The position numbers were made by a program, and so were the translations under genes. Positions 12,056 through 25,940 of a stretch of DNA of 64,000 nt are shown here, one piece after another; the stretch's first letter is position 1, and the number at the start of each line of letters is the position of its first letter. Location of the stretch: the NCBI GenBank assembly GCA_964016885.1, contig OZ024742.1, positions 138,074,001-138,138,000 of the forward strand. Direction: 5' to 3'. Origin of the DNA: Eledone cirrhosa. Its lineage: Eukaryota. The notes beneath the pieces are model-generated. The model did not search any database and was not told the origin of the DNA. It worked only from the letters and a program-made list of their open reading frames with translations.

Positions 12056-13051
12056 TATTTCATATTTGCCGCAGCAGTTGAAATGTTTGATAATATTGTA
12101 ATATCGATAAACAAGTTCTTTAGCTCAAAGTGTTTAATAGCTATATTAGAGTAGAAAGAACAGCACACTCCTCACCTGACCAAAACCAAATAGAAAGCGG
12201 TCAAGCAGGGAGGGGTTCCTCCAACAGGAATGAAATTACTCTGGATTAGAATAGATCATTATAAGATTTAATCTTTAAATTTCATGCTTATTGTACTACT
12301 TTATTGTTCAAGGAACACAATTATATGCTTTATAGTGGCACTCGAGGTGACTAAAATTAGATCATATACATCTAAAAACTTTAAATATATATCTGCTACG
12401 TAGCTTCGTGTTGGATCGCTCAGCATTGTTTACTAAGTTGTTACCTCGGCAGATTCCAGGAGATGAAGTGTTTTCAAATGAAATTTGAAATTCCACCTTA
12501 TCTTCCATTTAGAAATACAATCCTTGCACTCAATAAATTTTGGGTAACATTAATATGTTCAGTCAGATATAACCATTTGGCACAGCATACTTTTCAACCA
12601 CCTTAAAACCAAATTCGGAGACTCTTGAAACTGTCGTAAAATTACAATGTCTCCTCTTATTAAGCCATAGAAAAACTAGACATCACGTAAAGTATTGTGA
12701 TGAGAGCAGCATTGCAATTCATGTATACATTGATTTTAATGTTCAGTATTCTTTTGTGTTTTGTCTGGCATTATGTATAGGAATTTGCCAAATGGATTCT
12801 ATGATTCTTGCGTTCAGAACATACTTGCTACTTTTAAAAACAATTTCTCTAAAACTAGGGCAAACGTAACCCTAAACAGTCCCCATACCCTACTAACTAT
12901 TTACATTATATGGTGAAATTAAAAGAAAATATTCTTCTGTAAAAAGAAACTATTATACGGCTATATAGAATAGATATCGCTTTCACCTACATGGGTACAC
13001 ATACACACATATGCATGCATATAAATATATATGTGTGTACTTGTGTGTGTG

Positions 13052-13109
<58 letters not shown>

Positions 13110-13443
13110 TATATACATACAAACACATGTAGATATATTTCATGTTCAGCTTTTGTAACATCATGTGCAAACGCTTGAAAGCGATATAGAATGATGAAGG
13201 AGGCGAAAAAGAAAGACCTGCTTCATGTCAAACGACATAAGGGTTTGTTATTTTAAAATCGATATAGTCTAAATGAACTACTTACACAGAAACCCTCATG
13301 TTATGTCTGGGGAAAAAAAAGGAAAAATATAATATTGAAAGAAAATAAACATAAATCATAGCTTAAATGTCATAGAAATAGTCTATGGATATTCGGCATA
13401 CAGCATGATGTTTTCTAAAGCAGAAAAGAATACAAATAAGAGC

Positions 13444-13504
<61 letters not shown>
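13444..13504. repeat. (AAT)n microsatellite
   Basis: Direct reading. Confidence 0.95.
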
Positions 13505-13506
<2 letters not shown>

Positions 13507-13611
13507 CACAAATACATAGAGTATACCATAAAATATTAAACCTAAATACGAAAGTTTTGGTTAACTTTTCCAAAATGTAATGTCCTTAAAATCCGACGTT
13601 AATACACACAT

Positions 13612-13687
<76 letters not shown>

Positions 13688-14880
13688 AAAATAACATTTA
13701 CCAAATGAAATATAAAGCAGAAAGAAACATAATAGAAGTTAAATAAATAAGCAGAATAAAGGTCATATACTATTTTACAGATATATATCATCATTTATTT
13801 CTTTAACGTCATATATCGGAACAAAACTTGTAAAAGCTCCATTTCTTGCGACTACTAGTTAAACTATCATGTTACGTAAATAATAGATACAAATTAATCC
13901 ATTAAAAGATCAAAAGCTACATTCATTTGTTAGAGTTCAGTAATTTCTAAATATTTAAATTTAATTTCCGTTGTTTAAACTTCAGTAATGGGTTAGAATG
14001 AAAGAATCGTTTACCATTCTTTCATTCTAAGTGTTTTACTTGCTTTAACAAAATGTTAACTGAAATACTATATTTTCATATTTAATTCATTTCCAGCTTT
14101 CCTTTGAGACATGTGTTCGCTTGTATTCTAAAGACAATATAAACGTTTGCACCAAACCAAATAACTCTCTTAATATGATAAAGATAAAAACTATTTCGCG
14201 AAATGTTAGGCAAAATCATCGAGACCCACACACTTATAAACACACTCATAAACACACAAATACACTCACATATGTATGTATGTGTATATACATATAGATA
14301 ACTTTGTCATTAATATACATGTTATCACAATAAACAAAGGGCTTTGAATATAATTTAGAGAAACTTATAAATATAAATATAGAAATATATTGAATAAGGC
14401 ACAGACGGACCAAAGGGAAAATCACAGTAAAATAATTTAAAATAGAGTAGATTACTTGTTAAGTGATCTAAAGCTAGAGGGCTCAACAAATGTTCTCTTT
14501 ACTGTAGTTTAACCTACAAAAGAAAAGAATTGACTATTTCAATTACTTGATTAATTAATGAGGATAGAACATTCCACCAGAATAGGGCTATATTTAGCTG
14601 TTGCTGAACATTATGTACGTCCAAAGATCCAGCATAATGTACTGTACCCATGAGTAGAACTAGCAACGAGGTAAAAATGTGTACAATGCTTTCCTTGCTT
14701 ACTGCTGGAATTTGAAACAAGCGAAAAAAAAAAAGTCTTTTGCCTGAATAAGTGGACTGATTACATTCATTTTCATATGAACCTCTATAAGTTAGCTTAA
14801 CTTAGATTTAGAATTCAAATTTAGGTTCGGCATAGTTGTACGCATACATGTATTAGAAATGTGTACATCTAAATATATGT

Positions 14881-14999
<119 letters not shown>

Positions 15000-15108
15000 A
15001 TTTGTGTGTATATATATATATGTAAAAGGTAAACAGAAATAACAACACAATCGCTACAGTATATGGAAGGAATATATTAGGTTAACGCTTGAAATAGCAG
15101 AAAGTGGG

Positions 15109-15144
15109 TCTTAACGTTTCGGACGCTAGTCCTTCATCAGAAGA
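15109..15144 (-). ncRNA. Minimal type I hammerhead motif
   Basis: TCTT-CTGATGA-A-GGAC-TAGC-GTCC-GAAA-CG-TT-AAGA; palindromic AACGTT at stem III; sits in a ~220-bp island between microsatellites. Confidence 0.8.
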
Positions 15145-15504
15145 AAGATTGGGAAATAAGATAGATTGAAAGGACGGGCGGGTTGGAATTGGAAAAAAAT
15201 GTCTTTAGATAAAAATATCAGGTCCATTCATATTGACATATGTGTGTGTGTGTGTGTGTGTGTGAAAGAGAAAGAGAGAAATATATAGAGAGAGAGTCTC
15301 ATGACACCAAATAATGCAGACAATGTTATTTATGATGAATTACTTAAATGTTACGTACAAATTAACTAGTAGAATACACATAACAGCTCCAATGAGAAAC
15401 TCGGGTGTATTAGTTCATAATTCTGGCAGCTATCGTCGTTTAAAAAGGAAACAAGCTGAATTATTTCAATAGAATAACCTTTTGTATCCTTGGTCCCCTT
15501 ACTT

Positions 15505-15615
15505 CAGAATTCCTCGGGTGTCTCTGGACATTCTCCGCGATAATGCCTTTGTCATTTTGTCGACGGGAGCCGGCTGTGGCCCCGCTCTGACTGGGGTGTA
15601 GTGGCTGTAATCCCT
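15505..15615 (+). mobile_element. CRE-like non-LTR 3' fragment
   Basis: RVSLDILRDNA-like peptide; CCGCTC(T/A)GACTGGGGTGTAGTG shared with 50980-51004. Confidence 0.45.
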
Positions 15616-16004
15616 CTCTCCATTTCAATCCCTATTTTCTTTTTCTTTTATTTTCTTTTTTTTTTCCTTCTTTGTTCCCTTTAATAGAGTGTCTTTTTTA
15701 ATTAGATGCTGCTCAATTATGTTTATGTTATGATAGCCTAGAAATAAAAACTTACCAAGACTTGTGTAGTAAAATATATCTCCAACCTGTCCTCAAGTAC
15801 ACATTCTTGACAATATATCACGAGAAACTAGTGGACTGAAGGTAAACTTCATGTACGACTAACCCTTCACCACCATTAGTAAGAAAAGACACCGTGTAGT
15901 AATGGTAAATATCTAGTGAAACTATTACAAGTTATAATACCCATTTGAAAAGATCAATATCTAACAATTTAAAAAGAGCAAAAACACCCAGTTTCTCTCA
16001 TCAT

Positions 16005-16388
16005 TATTGCTGGATTGGCAGTAGAGGGTCGGACACCATGTTTTGGCGCATAGAGTTAAGGCCCTTGACATTCTGAGTTCAGATCCCGCAGAGGTTAACT
16101 TTGCCTTTCATCCTTACGGGGAGTCGATAAAATAAAGTACCAATAATACACTGGGTAATTGCTGGCCTTGTGCCAAAAGTAGAAACAATTATTACCAAAC
16201 CAAGGGCAGTGGGTTGACAGTATCGGCAGAGGGACGGACGCCATGCTTAGCAGCATAGAGTTACTGCCCTTTACGGCCTGAGGTCAAATCCGACTGAGGT
16301 TAACTCTGCCTTTCATTCTTTCGGGGTCGATGAAGTAATGCACTGGGATAATTGCTGGCCTTGTGCCAAAATTAGAAACAATTATTAT
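16005..16388 (+). mobile_element. Two tandem SINE copies
   Basis: SINE core at 16005-16195 and 16200-16388. Confidence 0.85.
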
Positions 16389-16779
16389 CAAACCTTTCTC
16401 ACACTAAATAATTCTATAGAAACTTTTATTTACATACAAGAAATCTCTGTCGGTACCTAAATACCAATGCACTTACTGACACTTTCATAACAGTGACTTA
16501 GTTAAATAACGACTCCTACAATTTGGCAACCCAAAACGTTTACGTCCATTTTTTTTTCTAATGAACTGAGGGTACATTAATATGTAACAAGTCAACTTCC
16601 TTAACGGACATTTAAACACGTCGAAAACGTTGTACAAAAAATAGTAATGCATATGAATTATTCATATATGCATAGAATGTTTTTATCGCCTGATGATTAT
16701 AGACATGTATATGACTCTCGAGTCACCAAAGACTTTAGATATGTAAATATTATATACACACACGCACATAAACACACAG

Positions 16780-16811
<32 letters not shown>

Positions 16812-18339
16812 GTGTATATGTGTGTGAATGTGTGAGTGTGTGAGTGGATGTGTATGTGTTGCGGTGTGTCTTTATGTATGAGTGTCTGCGTGTGTATTAA
16901 AAATGCCATTACAACTGAGTACTTAGCTTGGAAGACAGACATGGTCCACTGAGCTTCTCTTAAGCGACATATCCGTGATGCAAAAACATAAGTTGAATTA
17001 CAAGCCTTTCTATTCGGTTCCTCAACCATTGATGTTAGAGGACTTTTACGATATTCTATTACAGTAACCATATTCAAAGCCATAAAAAATCTTGCGTTGT
17101 TCTTCACATTTATTATGAAAGTAAATTCCAGCAGTGACCGTTAAAATACAATATCCACATTGTATATTTATTCAGGCGTGTTTCTCCGTGATGCTGTTTA
17201 GAAATCTAGTTTTTACTCAGATGAGAAAATCTGAAATGTACGAATATGACTAAAAGAAGATAGTAATACGAACTTTAACAGGGCTTATTTGTAGGTGAGT
17301 CAAACGTTATCACAGGAATATGAATTGTATAAAAAGAGATTGTATCTGGTGTTTATATATTTAAGGATTAAAGAGGATGAAGTTTGGCTTGGATAAGGTT
17401 AGTGCGTGACTATAAAACTAAGAAATCAAGTGCAACACAATCTAGAAACATCTTTATTAATGGCTTGTCTGCACAGCGTCTACAAAAATATGTATACAAA
17501 CCTTGTATAGATATTTAATTGTTTAAACGCCTCTATAAATATAAATACCTCTTTCGAAGTTTTGTCAAATTATTACGATGACTCTATGTACCCTAGTAAA
17601 TTAGTATTAACATATTTATACAATTTTTTTCTTTTCCTGGAGTGCGTACACATTTTATTGTGGGATCTTGTATATCTGATAACTAATAAGAAACAATGTA
17701 GGTAGCTACGTATGAGTGGAAATATATCATGTAACAGCACTTATATAAGTAAATACGTAACACGCGTATAAAAAGAAAGTGTGATCCCTAGACCTTTTTA
17801 CATAAAATACAAATGTAGTGTACTCTGTTGTAATAATAACTATGAAGCATTTTGGCTATACAATTGTCCGTACATGTTATCTGGATGATTTAGTGCTAAA
17901 ATGTACAAAATATTTACCACAATTAGATATTTTTTAGATCAAGAGTGGTACGATCAATTTTAGCTAAAGCAAATAAAAGGGGGCAATTTTAACGCCAATT
18001 CAAAGAGCCTTTGAAAGTTGAGTCCTTATCCCTACAAAAATACCCACTAATCTCAAGTGCCGAGGTGCATCCCTGTAATACGTATTTGTAGAATCGGCAA
18101 ATAGTATTATGTGAATTGAGAAGAATTGCTAGGAAATTATTCACCAAGGGATTACGAGTAATCGTTAATAAAGTTCATCAAACGAAATACTTCTCACGAG
18201 TAGCATTGCTCGCGATCAGCTATCTTTTCAGAATGTTTCTAATTGATTGTAAAATACATAACAAAAATAATGTATTGCTGACCAACAATCGCACTTTGAT
18301 GAGGTATTTGCAATACAGGAACAGGGAATGATAATTAGT

Positions 18340-18860
18340 ACCTGGTATATGGAATAGATTAACATTCTTGGAAACACCAAGATGCAAATATTGATGTAGA
18401 ATCTGTGGACCTATTACCGACTATATGACCCACGTCATACTCCGCATGTCTGAGAATGTATCTAGTCTATATGAGGGAGGTTATAATGGTAAAACCGTTG
18501 TGTATTCATCAGAAGAATGATTATACTGAAGCTTATTTTACAGTGATACGTATAGCATATTTCCAGAAATTCGAATCGATACTAGTGGAATATTTCTGTT
18601 AAAACATCACTAAAACTTTAATATAATAGACCAGATAAAATATTCTAGGAAGGGGAAATATGAGAAATGTAGCGGAAACCAGTTGGCCAACAAACGTTAC
18701 CATAATGTTAAAGACGAGTGACAAGAATATATACAACTGAAAGCTCTGCAAATAATACTGCTGAAATGCAGCATTAGTTTCATACATGAAGCCATTAGTG
18801 ATCTTGTATATGTAACGGACTGCCTCGTTGTCAATCATCAATATCCAGTATTCATAAAAC
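18340..18860 (+). mobile_element. Very decayed R4/Dong-like RLE fragment
   Basis: CRICG...HVI and RPD remnants comparable to 59900-60410. Confidence 0.35.
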
Positions 18861-19777
18861 TATAAAAGAGTTAATTAATTTGAAAATACTTATAAAAGTC
18901 ATGACTACAAATATGAATATACGAGAAATCTTGCAGAATGTACCTTGAAATAAGTGTGTATACACATTTTTAGACATGTAAGCATGTATGAGTTTAAATA
19001 GTTAAGCCAAAACTCAGCGAAGCTCATATGGATTGAAAACCATGCTTGTTTACACATGTTTCCAGATATCTACTTACGCACACATATCCTCACATATTTA
19101 CATACAAACAAAAATGCATGCATACGTACACACTTTCATATATCCTGACTAGATACGTCTCCAAATTCAACTGACAGAAACTTGCCTGTGGATTAGAAAC
19201 GGTCTATTTCTCTAATAAAAAGGAATAGAAAAAAGAACTGAAAAATAAACAACACATATTTCCTTATTTTTATATATTGATGTAATTGAATATGGTGACA
19301 ATAAGAAAAGTTTGCGTAAAATATTCATTCTTTAAATAGATAAATTCAAAGGAAAGAACTGTGAAGTAAAAGCTGAAGGAGTTGCATTCTTATCAGCATC
19401 AACAAAAATATAGAAATGATAACAGCTACCTAATTTTCCTTTCATAAATTTATAGACAGCAGGGAGCAAAAAATGTAAACATCAAACAAACGTTGTTGAT
19501 ATATGAACAACAATAATTGATGAAACCAATTTTCCTTCTAATGGAATATAAAAGTATGTATGGGAAAAAACAAAACAAAAAAACCGATAAAGAGATTATA
19601 TATATATATAAAGAAAAAAAAAATATATATATATATATATACACACAAACTTGTATATGTATATATAAATACATCTATATACATATATATATATATATAC
19701 ATCCATATATATATACAAATACATACGTACGTACATATATACATCTATACATACACACACAAACACACACACACACA

Positions 19778-19872
<95 letters not shown>

Positions 19873-20254
19873 GGGGATGGGCATTATGTATGCGCGTATT
19901 TAAAGGGAAATATAAAGATGATGATTGTGTAAAGAATATCGGAATATATGTGAAGCGCGTCTTTTAGGTTACTGCCAAATGCATTTATTTTAAACTCAAT
20001 TCCTGCTAACATCGATAGATATGTGTATGCTTGTGTGTGTAAACTATACATGTATTATATATATATAGATGTGTAACAGCTGACGGAGTCGAAGGGCGCC
20101 ATAATGACATATGGCTTTTCGTGTGAATATTAAAGCTGGCCGAACCCACTCCTTTCCAGATATAAATGTAGCTTATTTCGTCCAAAAGGATAGATAAATT
20201 GTAATAGAGGTAATGAGCAAGAGGAATAATCGAACACGCTACTGGACTGGAATA

Positions 20255-20385
20255 TTTTTTATCAATCTCGAAATGATGAAAGGCAAAGTTGACCTCGATG
20301 GGTTTTGAATTCGGAGTGCAGAGGGCCGGAACAAATAACCAAAGCGTTCTATCCGAGGTTCTAACGATTTTGCGGATTCACCGAA
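20255..20385 (-). mobile_element. SINE, diverged partial
   Basis: ATGAAAGGCAAAGTTGACCTCG...TTTGAATTC. Confidence 0.7.
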
Positions 20386-20764
20386 TAGTAAACTATAGAG
20401 ATAAGTACATACATACATATATATAAATATATGCGTGTGTCTGTATCTGTATGTGGGAATTTGGTGTGTCGTTGTGTATCTGTGTGTGTTCAAACAGAGG
20501 GTTACTTGAGAAACATTAGGAAGATTTGAAATTAGAAATATGTCCATTCCAACATAATACTTCAGAAAATCGGATAAACTTTATCAAGAAATGGATGAAA
20601 TGTTGAGGGAGGGGGCTGAGAATCGAAGCCAGCATATATCGCTAAAGATCCGCTGGTCATCATTTCAGACTACTTAGAAAACTTAAACATTTAACTTCAA
20701 ATGATTTTGGAAATAGCGGAAAAAACTTGAATTATGAAAAGTGCATATTCCTACGCAAATGATA

Positions 20765-20970
20765 ATTGTTTCTACGTTTGGCACAAGGCCAGCAATTACC
20801 CAGAGCATTACTGGTACTTTATTTTATCGATCCCGTAAGGATGAAAGGCAAAGTTAACCTCGGCGGGATTTGAACTCAGAATGGCAAGGGCCGTAACTCT
20901 ATACGTCAGAGCATAGCGTCCGACCCTCTACCGATACGGTCAATCCACCGCCCTTACTGCCAATCCACCG
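20765..20970 (-). mobile_element. SINE, full length
   Basis: Reverse complement of the 2370-type consensus. Confidence 0.9.
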
Positions 20971-21447
20971 CAAATGATAATAATAGTCAATCACTACACA
21001 TTTTAGTTGAGAAAATAGGAATAGTGAGACATGTAGATAAAGCCGCCTTTAACATCGCATCTTCAGATGCCGGGCGACTGCATTAGCCACGGCATGAAAG
21101 TGCTATTGATTGTTAATTCCATCTTTTAAATTATTTAAAACCTTTGCCATAGAAGTGAAAAGAATGGTTGAGTTTCTTTCTCATTTGCGTTTAAATTTAA
21201 AATTCCCTCAAACCTTCTTATCTCAACGGTTGTTTATACATCTACCTACAAGCTTAACAGTTTCTAACTAAACGGAAATAGTTGCCGATCGCACTACCCG
21301 ATATCCGAAAGATGTGTGGTTCGGTTTCTCGCAGGCGTCTCTACCCACACTTTTCCCTTTCCAAGTGTAGTTTACCCGAGTTTCTCAAATACTTGTTCAA
21401 GTAATTGATCATTATTAGTACAGTCATTTCAAACTTCACATGCACAC

Positions 21448-21511
<64 letters not shown>

Positions 21512-21529
21512 ATATGTATATATGTAGTG

Positions 21530-21588
<59 letters not shown>

Positions 21589-21743
21589 ATACTTTGGGAG
21601 GGTCATGTTGCCAATAAGAAACACACGCACCAGTTGCTTTCACTTCAATTTAATTTATTATATATTTATAAATTTACAAATTTATAAATTTCTGGTTGGT
21701 TGGTTGGTTGGTTCCACAACCAGATAGTTGTTTATATATATAT

Positions 21744-21788
21744 AGTCATAGTTCTTTCGTCACACACTCTGTGACCTCTTCAGTGACT
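21744..21788 (-). ncRNA. Mirror copy of the 21918 hammerhead
   Basis: Exact reverse complement within the palindrome. Confidence 0.85.
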
Positions 21789-21917
21789 GGGGATTTCTTT
21801 CTTCGTTTCTGTGCCTTTCCTTTCTTCTATCCTACGCCATTTTGTTTGTGTGACACACAAACAAAATGGCGTAGGATAGAAGAAAGGAAAGGCACAGAAA
21901 CGAAGAAAGAAATCCCC

Positions 21918-21962
21918 AGTCACTGAAGAGGTCACAGAGTGTGTGACGAAAGAACTATGACT
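21918..21962 (+). ncRNA. Minimal type I hammerhead motif
   Basis: AGTCA-CTGAAGA-G-GTCACA-GAGTG-TGTGAC-GAAA-GAAC-TA-TGACT. Confidence 0.85.
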
Positions 21963-22212
21963 ATATATATATAAACAACTATCTGGTTGTGGAACCAACC
22001 AACCAACCAACCAGAAATTTATAAATTTGTAAATTTATAAATATATAATAAATTAAATTGAAGTGAAAGCAACTGGTGCGTGTGTTTCTTATTGGCAACA
22101 TGACCCTCCCAAAGTATAACAATATCGGTTTCAACACACGATTTCAGATAAAGAATCTTGCTAAACAAATTCAGAAACGAAATATATATATATATATATA
22201 TATACATATATT

Positions 22213-23105
22213 ATCAGTGGTACCCGGCGTTGCACGGGATAAGGTATTTTGGAAGGTGGGCTGCCAACAGACCTAATCGTGGAAAAACTGCATGCCTGAA
22301 CAATATGTAAAGAAAATAAACCGAATACTCTAATGGATGGATAATCTTTAAGATTTTCTTCGATGAAGCAGGAAAAATGCAGGTTTTCACCTAATGCGGG
22401 CCCTAGGGGATCAAGAAAATGAATTTTTTTTTATGCGCATAATATGCCTTGAAATTTCAGGAAAATCGGCTAGACGTAACGCCTCCAAAAAGCCATAAAA
22501 AGCTGAAAACATGAAGTTTTTCACCTAATGCGGGCCCTAGGCCATCAAAAAGTTACATTCTCTTTGCTCACGGTATGAAGAAGACTGACTAATACATAGT
22601 AACAGTTTCAAGGAAATCGGTCTGACGTAACACCTCAAAAGACCCCTAAAAACCCTAAAAACGCAGTTTTTCACCTAATCCGGGCCCTAGGAGAACAAAA
22701 AGTTGAATTTTTTTTTATCTGCATAACACTCCCTGAAACATAAGTAATACACATGTAAAGTTTGAAAAATATCGGTTGGGTACTTCTCTAGTTTTAGGGA
22801 TTCAAACTCACACACACACACAGACACATACAGACATCCCCAGGGAAGTGACGTAATGCATAGAGCCAGACATACAGACATATATTATAAGAGCGCGATG
22901 TTATATGCATGTATCTATCTAAAAAGAGAAAGACTAAGAATTATAGAGACAATTCGTAAAATCGCCTAATGTGGTCCCTAGGGCATTAAACATTCGAAAC
23001 ACTCAGAACACTCCCTAAAACATAAGTATTACATGTGTAAAGGTTGAAAACAGTCTGCTTGGTGGTTCTCGAGTTTTAGGGATTCGAACTCACACACACA
23101 CAGAA
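22213..23105 (+). mobile_element. Helentron/DINE-1-like non-autonomous element with internal tandem repeats
   Basis: 5' ACCCGGCGTTGCACGGG; four CCTAAT(G/C)(C/T)GG(G/T)CCCTAGG units, the first three about 140 bp apart; AAAATCGG motifs and a (CA)/CAGACA tract. Confidence 0.55.
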
Positions 23106-23229
23106 ATTTATTATAATACTCGGTGTGTTTGTAAACAAACATCCCGAATTAAGCCGTACAGTGTCTAGCAACCATCGTTGCTCATTTGTTCAACACTGAC
23201 AAAGGAACACACCGAGCATTATAATAAAT
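23106..23229. repeat. Small inverted repeat, 24-bp arms
   Basis: ATTTATTATAATACTCGGTGTGTT ... AACACACCGAGCATTATAATAAAT. Confidence 0.75.
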
Positions 23230-23469
23230 GTTCGGTGAATCCATACGTACATATATATATGGGTGAATGTATGTATATATATATACATACTACTGTACGT
23301 CTGTATACATATATGTATGTACGTATACATACTTATATTTAAGTAACAGCCGTACTAAGAGTGAGAAATGAAATTTCGTTTCATTTTTTCCGTTTATATA
23401 TATATATATATATATACGTACGTACTTCCTTCCGCAAGATGTTTTCTGTTCGTTTCCTTCTCTCTTTCT

Positions 23470-24280
23470 CTCGTCTATCATTCTATTTATTTGACATCTC
23501 TCCTTGTATGTTCTCATGAAGTGCTGATATCCGAAATTTAAAACTATATTCCTACTATACCAAGTGTTAAATAAATATATCATCCCCATGTGTTGTGTTT
23601 TCGTAGTTGAATGTTCGTATGTGCGGGCTGTACTACTTAATCATCGCATTTTCTTTCCGCCTGATATTGCCAAGAACGACCACGAGTTCCCAAATTGCGA
23701 GATAACTGGTGATAGGGTGTGGGTGATTGACTTGGATACCAAGGCTTAATCATCACCATGATATGTTCAATTTATTCAGGTCTTAACGACGTTTTACAGG
23801 TTTGATGTAAAATCGAACTGATTCTAAATACTTCCTCGATTACCGAGACGTTTTCCATCAATAAGGTACACCAGAAGTACAAACAGTTACAAAGGACGGC
23901 TACCAGGAAATCTTCCAACATAATTGTGAATCAGTTCAGTAAAAGGGGCAAATTTGTGGGCCCCGCAAATCATGCAGCTGCATAATGAAAACAACTCAGT
24001 GCATTCATCGCTGAGATTCCAAGGCTGTGGGGCACTGAAAAGAGTATTCCTCCATCACCAGGTTTCCTACTTTGCAGGTATGTTTCCTTCATTGGGAGCC
24101 GAAAAGAAGCATTGCAGAATTACAGAAGTGCTTCAGCATTTACTAATTATTTTTACTATTATAAAATCGGATACAATTTTATACATGAGATTATCTGAGG
24201 TTTTGCAGGGATGTTTGAATGAATTTAGAAAAGGATACATAGTGGATCAAGGAAATGCTATATTTAGATAGAAGTTGTTT
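23470..24280 (+). mobile_element. Decayed mariner relic
   Basis: ITGDRVWV..DTK and LHNENNSVH remnants of the ITGDE(T)W and LHHDNAPAH motifs. Confidence 0.5.
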
Positions 24281-24319
24281 CAAATATTATTTACAATATA
24301 TTTATGATAACTCTTCAGT

Positions 24320-25050
24320 GAAGCCTGCGTTAGCTTTAATGACTACTTTAATACGTGGTCATGGGGATTGTTACTCATACATGCTTGTGTCGTTCCTCCC
24401 TTATGTGGGCGCGTTGAGTATTGTTGGAAATTTGGTGTGCATGGCTGTTGGAACCTCATTTGCGAATCTGCATAGCCATTTATTGTACTTTCTGTATACA
24501 GTTTGGTACTAATCAAAGTTTTTCCCATCAGAAAAGAACCAAAGTCTTCCCTTTTCTTGATGTTTTCAGCAAGCGCTTTGCATGGACCAAGCGATTTTCC
24601 TTTGTCACATCCTTCATAAAATGGCCTCTCTCCACCACGTAAGGCTTGTATCGGATGTCTTCATGGACAACTCTTCTGATAGTTCATTCTGAAACCTTGT
24701 GCTCAATTTCGATGGCTCTAATTGACTTTCCTGCGGTTTTGATTGTATTAGAACATTATCATTCGTTATGCGCTAGGCTGCTGATGTTGGATCCGCGTCA
24801 ACATCTTCTAGATCCTTTCTAACTTTAACGAAGCAGGCTGGGTAACTTTCAGTGATCGGGTATTTTTCACAAGCTATCCCTGCATCACTATGTTGTGCAT
24901 TTAAGGCAAATATCAGCTCATGTCATTTCGTTTGGTAAGTTAATTTAATGTTTAGCCTTACGTATCTGAAAAATATATTTAAAAAAATGAATTAGTACAA
25001 GGAAAGTTGAAGCCAAGAAATGTGTCATCAACACACTTAAAAATAGCCTG
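24320..25050 (-). mobile_element. Decayed Tc1/maT-like relic
   Basis: SDGKNFD and FQQYSTRPH remnants of FSDEK and FQQDxAPxH. Confidence 0.45.
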
Positions 25051-25261
25051 TATATATATATACAACTGTGTAGGATTGTAGAATTAGTCATTCTGTAATG
25101 TTAATCATGATGTAATATAAGGAAAACACTCGACATTCTGCAACTCATCCATATTTGATATTGAATCATCCTGGTGGTGCGGGAACAGAGTTAAATATTT
25201 TATAAAGTAAAATGACACGAGGCCGAACAGGTTGAACTCCTTTAATTATTTATTTCTACAA

Positions 25262-25319
25262 ACACTATGCGCATTTCATTGGCCAGTTTGCGTATGAACC
25301 CGGTGACATCATCAGGTGT
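25262..25319 (-). ncRNA. Type I hammerhead motif
   Basis: ACAC-CTGATGA-[imperfect stem II]-GAAA-TGCGCA-TA-GTGT; palindromic loop III; lies in an island 25062-25597 between TA tracts. Confidence 0.7.
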
Positions 25320-25615
25320 AAATTGCATAATCGTTGTATACCAAAGGAATAATGGTCAAGAGGCTTTAATGAAAAAAAAGAAAAAATGCAGCAAAGAAAA
25401 AAAATTACAAGATAGAAAAAGGTGTGTTTTTGTTTTTGAATCAAAGACAATCGTGGCAGTCTGTTGTTATTTTACCACGCTGTCTCAGGGAGAGGCAAAA
25501 TAACAACAAAAGAAATCTTCAAAGAGAGCTTTCTCGGAGAAAGCTTTCTTAATGAAACAGTTCTATTGCTGTAGAAGCCATTTCTATATTAAACATGATA
25601 TATATATATATATAT

Positions 25616-25940
25616 AACCAAAGATTAATATTAATATGGTTCATTGATTACTCAATGAATATAGTTTTACAATAGATTAAAAGCACTCTACAAAGAAGTT
25701 TTCTGGAGTTATAATATTATTCAAAATATTAATAAATGAAAACATTCACATAATAGAAATATATGTGTTATTATATATATTTCGAAGGTACTGTGCTGTT
25801 TTTTCAGTACGTCCTCGTCAGATAAAATACATGATTTTATCTGACGAGGACGTACTGAAAAAACAGCACAGTACCTTCGAAATATATATAATAAAACATA
25901 TATTTTGATTATGTAAATGTCTTCATTTATTAATATTTTG

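Larger units (their letters stand above)
21581..22183. mobile_element. Perfect 545-bp palindrome plus ~58-bp tail, between (TA)n tracts
   Basis: 21581-21852 is the reverse complement of 21854-22125 with a 1-nt centre; the mirrored ORFs in the ORF track agree. Confidence 0.9.

Noticed and set aside
14514-14735. Hydrophobic minus ORF after a pyrimidine tract and AG
   Set aside because: Could be an exon, but there is no recognisable homology or partner exon.
22380-22990. Regularly spaced ~25-bp repeats resembling a CRISPR array
   Set aside because: The spacers are related to each other, the context is eukaryotic and there are no cas genes; these are internal repeats of a transposon.
24270-24320. 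Minus-strand CTGAAGA...GAAA
   Set aside because: No pairing for stems I or III.
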